Notes under the pieces: generated by a model | Told to the model about the DNA's origin: nothing | What the model saw: the letters and a program-made list of their open reading frames with translations, nothing else | Database searches by the model: none | Shown: positions 61,023-64,000 of the stretch, one piece after another | Layout: every line of letters begins with the position of its first letter | How positions within the stretch are numbered: position 1 is the first letter of the stretch | Position numbers and translations under genes: made by a program | Assembly (NCBI GenBank): GCA_946965045.2 | Contig: OX337242.1 | Coordinates: 2,666,001-2,730,000 of the forward strand | Direction of reading: 5' to 3' | Origin: Epithemia pelagica | Lineage: Eukaryota > Protista > Bacillariophyta | Length of the DNA stretch: 64,000 nucleotides

Positions 61023-64000
61023 CTCGAAGAAATAATCACTTACCTGTGGTTATGGACCCTTGTCCAATTCCTCAAACGAACGACAACCATGATAGAGGCA
61101 GCGATAATGCTCATCATAGTCGTTCTCCACCAGGGGGAGGAACACGAGTCGACGACGAACAAGACGGACTGGATGCAACACACCATCACGATGACCAATG
61201 CGACAGTCGAAAGCATGGCAAACTGGGTAGACACGAAATTCCTGGACACGAAACAAAGGAAGAAAGTGAGACCATGGCGAAGAAGAAGGACGCGAAAGGT
61301 GATATGCAGCGCTGCAATCATGGCCATGGCAGCCAGATGCGCCGCGGCAACCAACTGCCACCCATTCGACTCGGACTCAACGATGATTGGCATCGACAAC
61401 AGGTGTTCGGGTTGCATCACCCACGTTCGAAGCGACATACCTGGAGCCTTGAAGCAGTGCAACAAAGCAATCAAAGGTTTCGGAGGTGCGAAAACTTATG
61501 AAGTGTGGACGGGCACCATTCATTGGGACTGGGAGGATGACCAAGGAAAGATCCATACGATGGTGATTCCCAACTCGTACTATGTTCCAGAAGGTAAAGT
61601 CCGACTACTGAGCCCGCAACACTGGGCGCAGACTCGGAAAAACAGTGAAAAACGCGGTGGGGCGGGCGAAATGACCACAGGCACAGAAGTAGTACTATTC
61701 TGGAACGACCGTCAGTCACGAAGGACGATCCCAATAGATACACACGGAAATAATGTGGCTACGTTCCATCTCGCGAGTGGGTACAAGCAGTACCATGCCT
61801 ACTGTAAAGAATGTGGGACTGAGCGCGACCGCGACTACGACAAAGACCCAATATTACAGCATCAAGCCATGCCGTCAATGGTGGTATCCGATGACGAGGG
61901 GGAGGACGACGAAACGACCTACCCGATCCAAGCCCAACAATGGCACCAGGCCATACCGAAACCGACGGTAGAGGCAACGCCAGACGCAGCAACCCAACAA
62001 ACGGACGGAGCAGAGCCTCGCAAGTTTGACTTCGACCTGGATGGGAAGACTGCCGACAACGAAATTCCACCGCCAGACATCATCCCACACGAGGAGGAGG
62101 AACGGCCAACGGCGGAGGCAGAGTTGCTCAGGTACCACTACGACTTTGGGCACCTGCCATTCGCTAAACTACAACAAATGGCAAAGGACAGAATACTGCC
62201 GAAACGACTGGCGAATTGTCACGTCCCAGTGTGCTCGGCATGCAATTTCGCCAAAGCAACGAAGCGAGCATGGCGCACAAGGTCGTCGAAAGACTGGTCG
62301 AACAAGACACCTCCAAGCAAACCAGGCATGGTTGTGTCGGTCGACCAGTTAGTATCGCCCACACCAGGACTCGTGGCCCAGATGACAGGGTTCATCACGA
62401 AACAGCGCTACAGATACGCTACCGTGTATGTGGACCAAGCGACGTCACTGGGTTTCGTTTTCCTGCAGAAGACTTCAACCGTTGAAGAAACACTGCAAGG
62501 CAAGAGAGCTTTCGAGCGCTATGCTATGAACAGAGGAGTGTCAGTGCGTGCCTATCACGCCGACAACGGAATTTTTAAGGCACACGGGTGGGTGAAAGCA
62601 TGCCACGACCAAGGGCAAGACCTCACGTTCGCGGCCGTTGGCGCCCACCATTCCAATGGAAAGGCGGAGCGTAGAATAAGAGAATTGCAAGGGATGGCGC
62701 GCACAATGCTTTTGCACGCAAACAAGCGATGGCCACAGGCAATCACTGCCAACTTGTGGCCTTACGCCGTGCGCCATGCAAACGACTGCATTAACGCGGC
62801 CCCTAATATGCAACACGAAACGAAGCAATCGCCAATCCAACTGTTTTCCCAGACAGCCATTAACACGAACAAGAAGCACTGGAGGCCCTTTGGATGCCCA
62901 GTGTACGTGCTGGATGAACGATTGCAAGGGAACAAACCACACAATAAGTGGGAAAATCGAGCACGCGTGGGAATTTACTTGGGCCAGTCGCCAATCCACA
63001 ACAGGAATGTGGCACTGGTCCTCAACCGACACACCGGGCATGTAAGTCCACAATTCCACGTACGATTCGATCGCAGTTTCCATACCCTTCAACAGGAGCA
63101 ACTGACGGCAACGTGGCAAGTCAGTACATTCTTCGCTGACGCCAAACGAACCGGACAACCGCTGAGGAGCCAGAAAGGGAAACGACGGAGGAGGCACAAG
63201 GGGCAAGAGGGAGCCCCACAATACACTCCAACTGGCACTCCACCGGAAGAAAGGCAACAACAATTGCCAAACAACACATGGCCGGATGAGGCACCCAACC
63301 ACAGTCCAACCACAGGTCCACCAGGTGGGACGCCACCACAAGCAACACAGACCGGACGAACCATGGAACGAATGCCTCCAGTGGACTCAGAGGGAGCACA
63401 CGGCCAGAGGGAGCGGCAACCCCCGCAAACAACAACAACCAACCAAATGCGGACTAGATCGGGACGACTGCGTAAACCGACGCAACGCCTCATCGAAGTA
63501 ATGTCCGCAGAGGTAGAGGATGACATGACGATACCGGGGGAACTATTTGCTCTCACCACCCTCACACCGCAAGACGATATGGAGGGGGAGGACCCACTCC
63601 TAGCATACAAAGCGGCAATCTCCGACCCGGATACAATGTATCACCATGAGGCTATGAAAGAGCCTGACAGGGCGGAGTTTATAAAGGGCATGCAAAAAGA
63701 AATGGAGCGACAGATGGAAGATGGAAATCTCTCTATCGTGCGTCGCGATTCAGTCCCAGCAGGCCAACGCATCTTCAGGGCAGTATGGCAAATGCGCAGA
63801 AAAAGGGACATCATGACACGCGAGATCAAAACTCACAAGGCAAGACTCAATTTCGATGGGTCCAAGATGGAAAAGGGCATAGACTACGACCAGACATATG
63901 CCCCAGTTGCATCGTGGGCATCCATCAGACTGGTCCTAGCTCTGGTATCAGCATTCAATTGGCACACACAACAAATTGACTACGTCCTGGCATACCCACA
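60951..64000 (+). CDS. pol: Copia-C Pol (hydrophobic linker, protease, integrase, N-terminal RT), 3'-partial, in frame with gag
   Basis: Same frame from 60951 to 63981 (TAC GTC CTG). Absent from the ORF track, consistent with no stop before the window end. Motifs GIDNRCSG, HYDFGH, SVDQL, ADNG, AERRIRE, KARLNFDG, IDYVLAYP. Confidence 0.9.

Larger units (their letters stand above)
59227..64000 (+). mobile_element. Ty1/Copia LTR retrotransposon (Copia-C, same family as Copia-A), apparently intact, running off the window
   Basis: LTR, PBS, intact gag, and a pol frame open to the window end (PR, INT, start of RT). Confidence 0.95.

Overview
Eukaryotic nuclear DNA, almost certainly a diatom (pennate, Seminavis-like by inference). 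Evidence: short GT-AG introns, CoDi-type Copia elements, a membrane cyclase-phosphodiesterase fusion and low-complexity proteins. The window opens on the end of a 180-bp satellite. It then has a gene-rich stretch: RPS12, a ~2730-aa protein with ~60 IQ motifs, a cyclase-PDE, two Snf7-like paralogues, a secreted protein and a 1-Cys peroxiredoxin ending in a CaaX box. From ~21 kb on it is a transposon island with two PIF/Harbinger elements carrying non-canonical accessory genes and three Ty1/Copia elements (one complete but decayed, one with non-matching termini, one apparently intact and running off the window). The strongest unexpected signal is in the two related Copia elements. Both separate gag and pol by a single in-frame UGA followed, after exactly 7 nt, by a conserved 11-bp RNA stem (candidate programmed readthrough). 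Both also have a primer-binding site matching the D-arm of initiator tRNA-Met rather than a tRNA 3' end. All calls are from manual reading; no database searches were run.
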